The notes below the pieces were generated by a model that ran no database searches, was not told the origin of the DNA, and saw nothing but the letters and a program-made list of their open reading frames with translations. Shown here one piece after another: positions 63,871 through 64,000 of a DNA stretch of 64,000 nt. The first letter of the stretch is position 1. Every line of letters starts with the position of its first letter. Origin of the DNA: Octopus sinensis (Eukaryota); NCBI RefSeq assembly GCF_006345805.1, contig NC_043010.1:47554001-47618000 (forward strand). The letters are read 5' to 3'. The position numbers and the translations under genes are program-made.

Positions 63871-64000
63871 TGTTTGTGTGTTTGTGTAAGTATTGTTGTT
63901 CTCTGTTTGTGTTTATTTATATATTTGTTCTGATTGAGTGGTCAACAAACACAAATCAGTCATTAGTTTCAATTGCTTTATTATTATAAAGCCATGACTT

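Noticed and set aside
63335-63989. 184-aa and 152-aa ORFs, plus the many (CV)n/(HT)n/(YI)n ORFs in the track
   Set aside because: Microsatellite translations.

Overview
AT-rich, repeat-dense animal genomic DNA. The SINE families and microsatellite load point to an octopus (inference). No prokaryotic-type features or CRISPR arrays are present, and most ORFs in the supplied track are microsatellite artefacts. (1) Eight + strand exons of one unidentified host gene (35289-62085) chain with consistent splice phases. They encode a helical, basic, probably secreted protein with an RHRR furin-type site and Ser-Gly motifs in acidic context. The gene continues past the window end and its 5' exons are uncertain. 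(2) Decayed transposons include two Penelope-like elements (PLE: RT and GIY-YIG), a Ty3/Gypsy remnant, RTE, CR1/L2 and R4-type LINE pieces, Tc1/mariner, pogo, hAT, MULE-like and Harbinger-like MITEs, Helitron-type elements, and dozens of tRNA-derived SINEs of four families. (3) The main finding is at least four sequence-unrelated families of minimal type I hammerhead ribozymes (HHR), each with a palindromic stem III. They occur in tandem PLE terminal repeats (6857-7352), in a tRNA-headed SINE (14686-14731), in a diverged tandem pair with covariation (21245-21328 and an intact copy at 22177-22265), and in both arms of a 587-bp foldback element inserted with an 11-13 bp TSD in a host intron (36280-36913). 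All ribozyme calls come from motif and base-pair reading by eye; none has been tested for cleavage.
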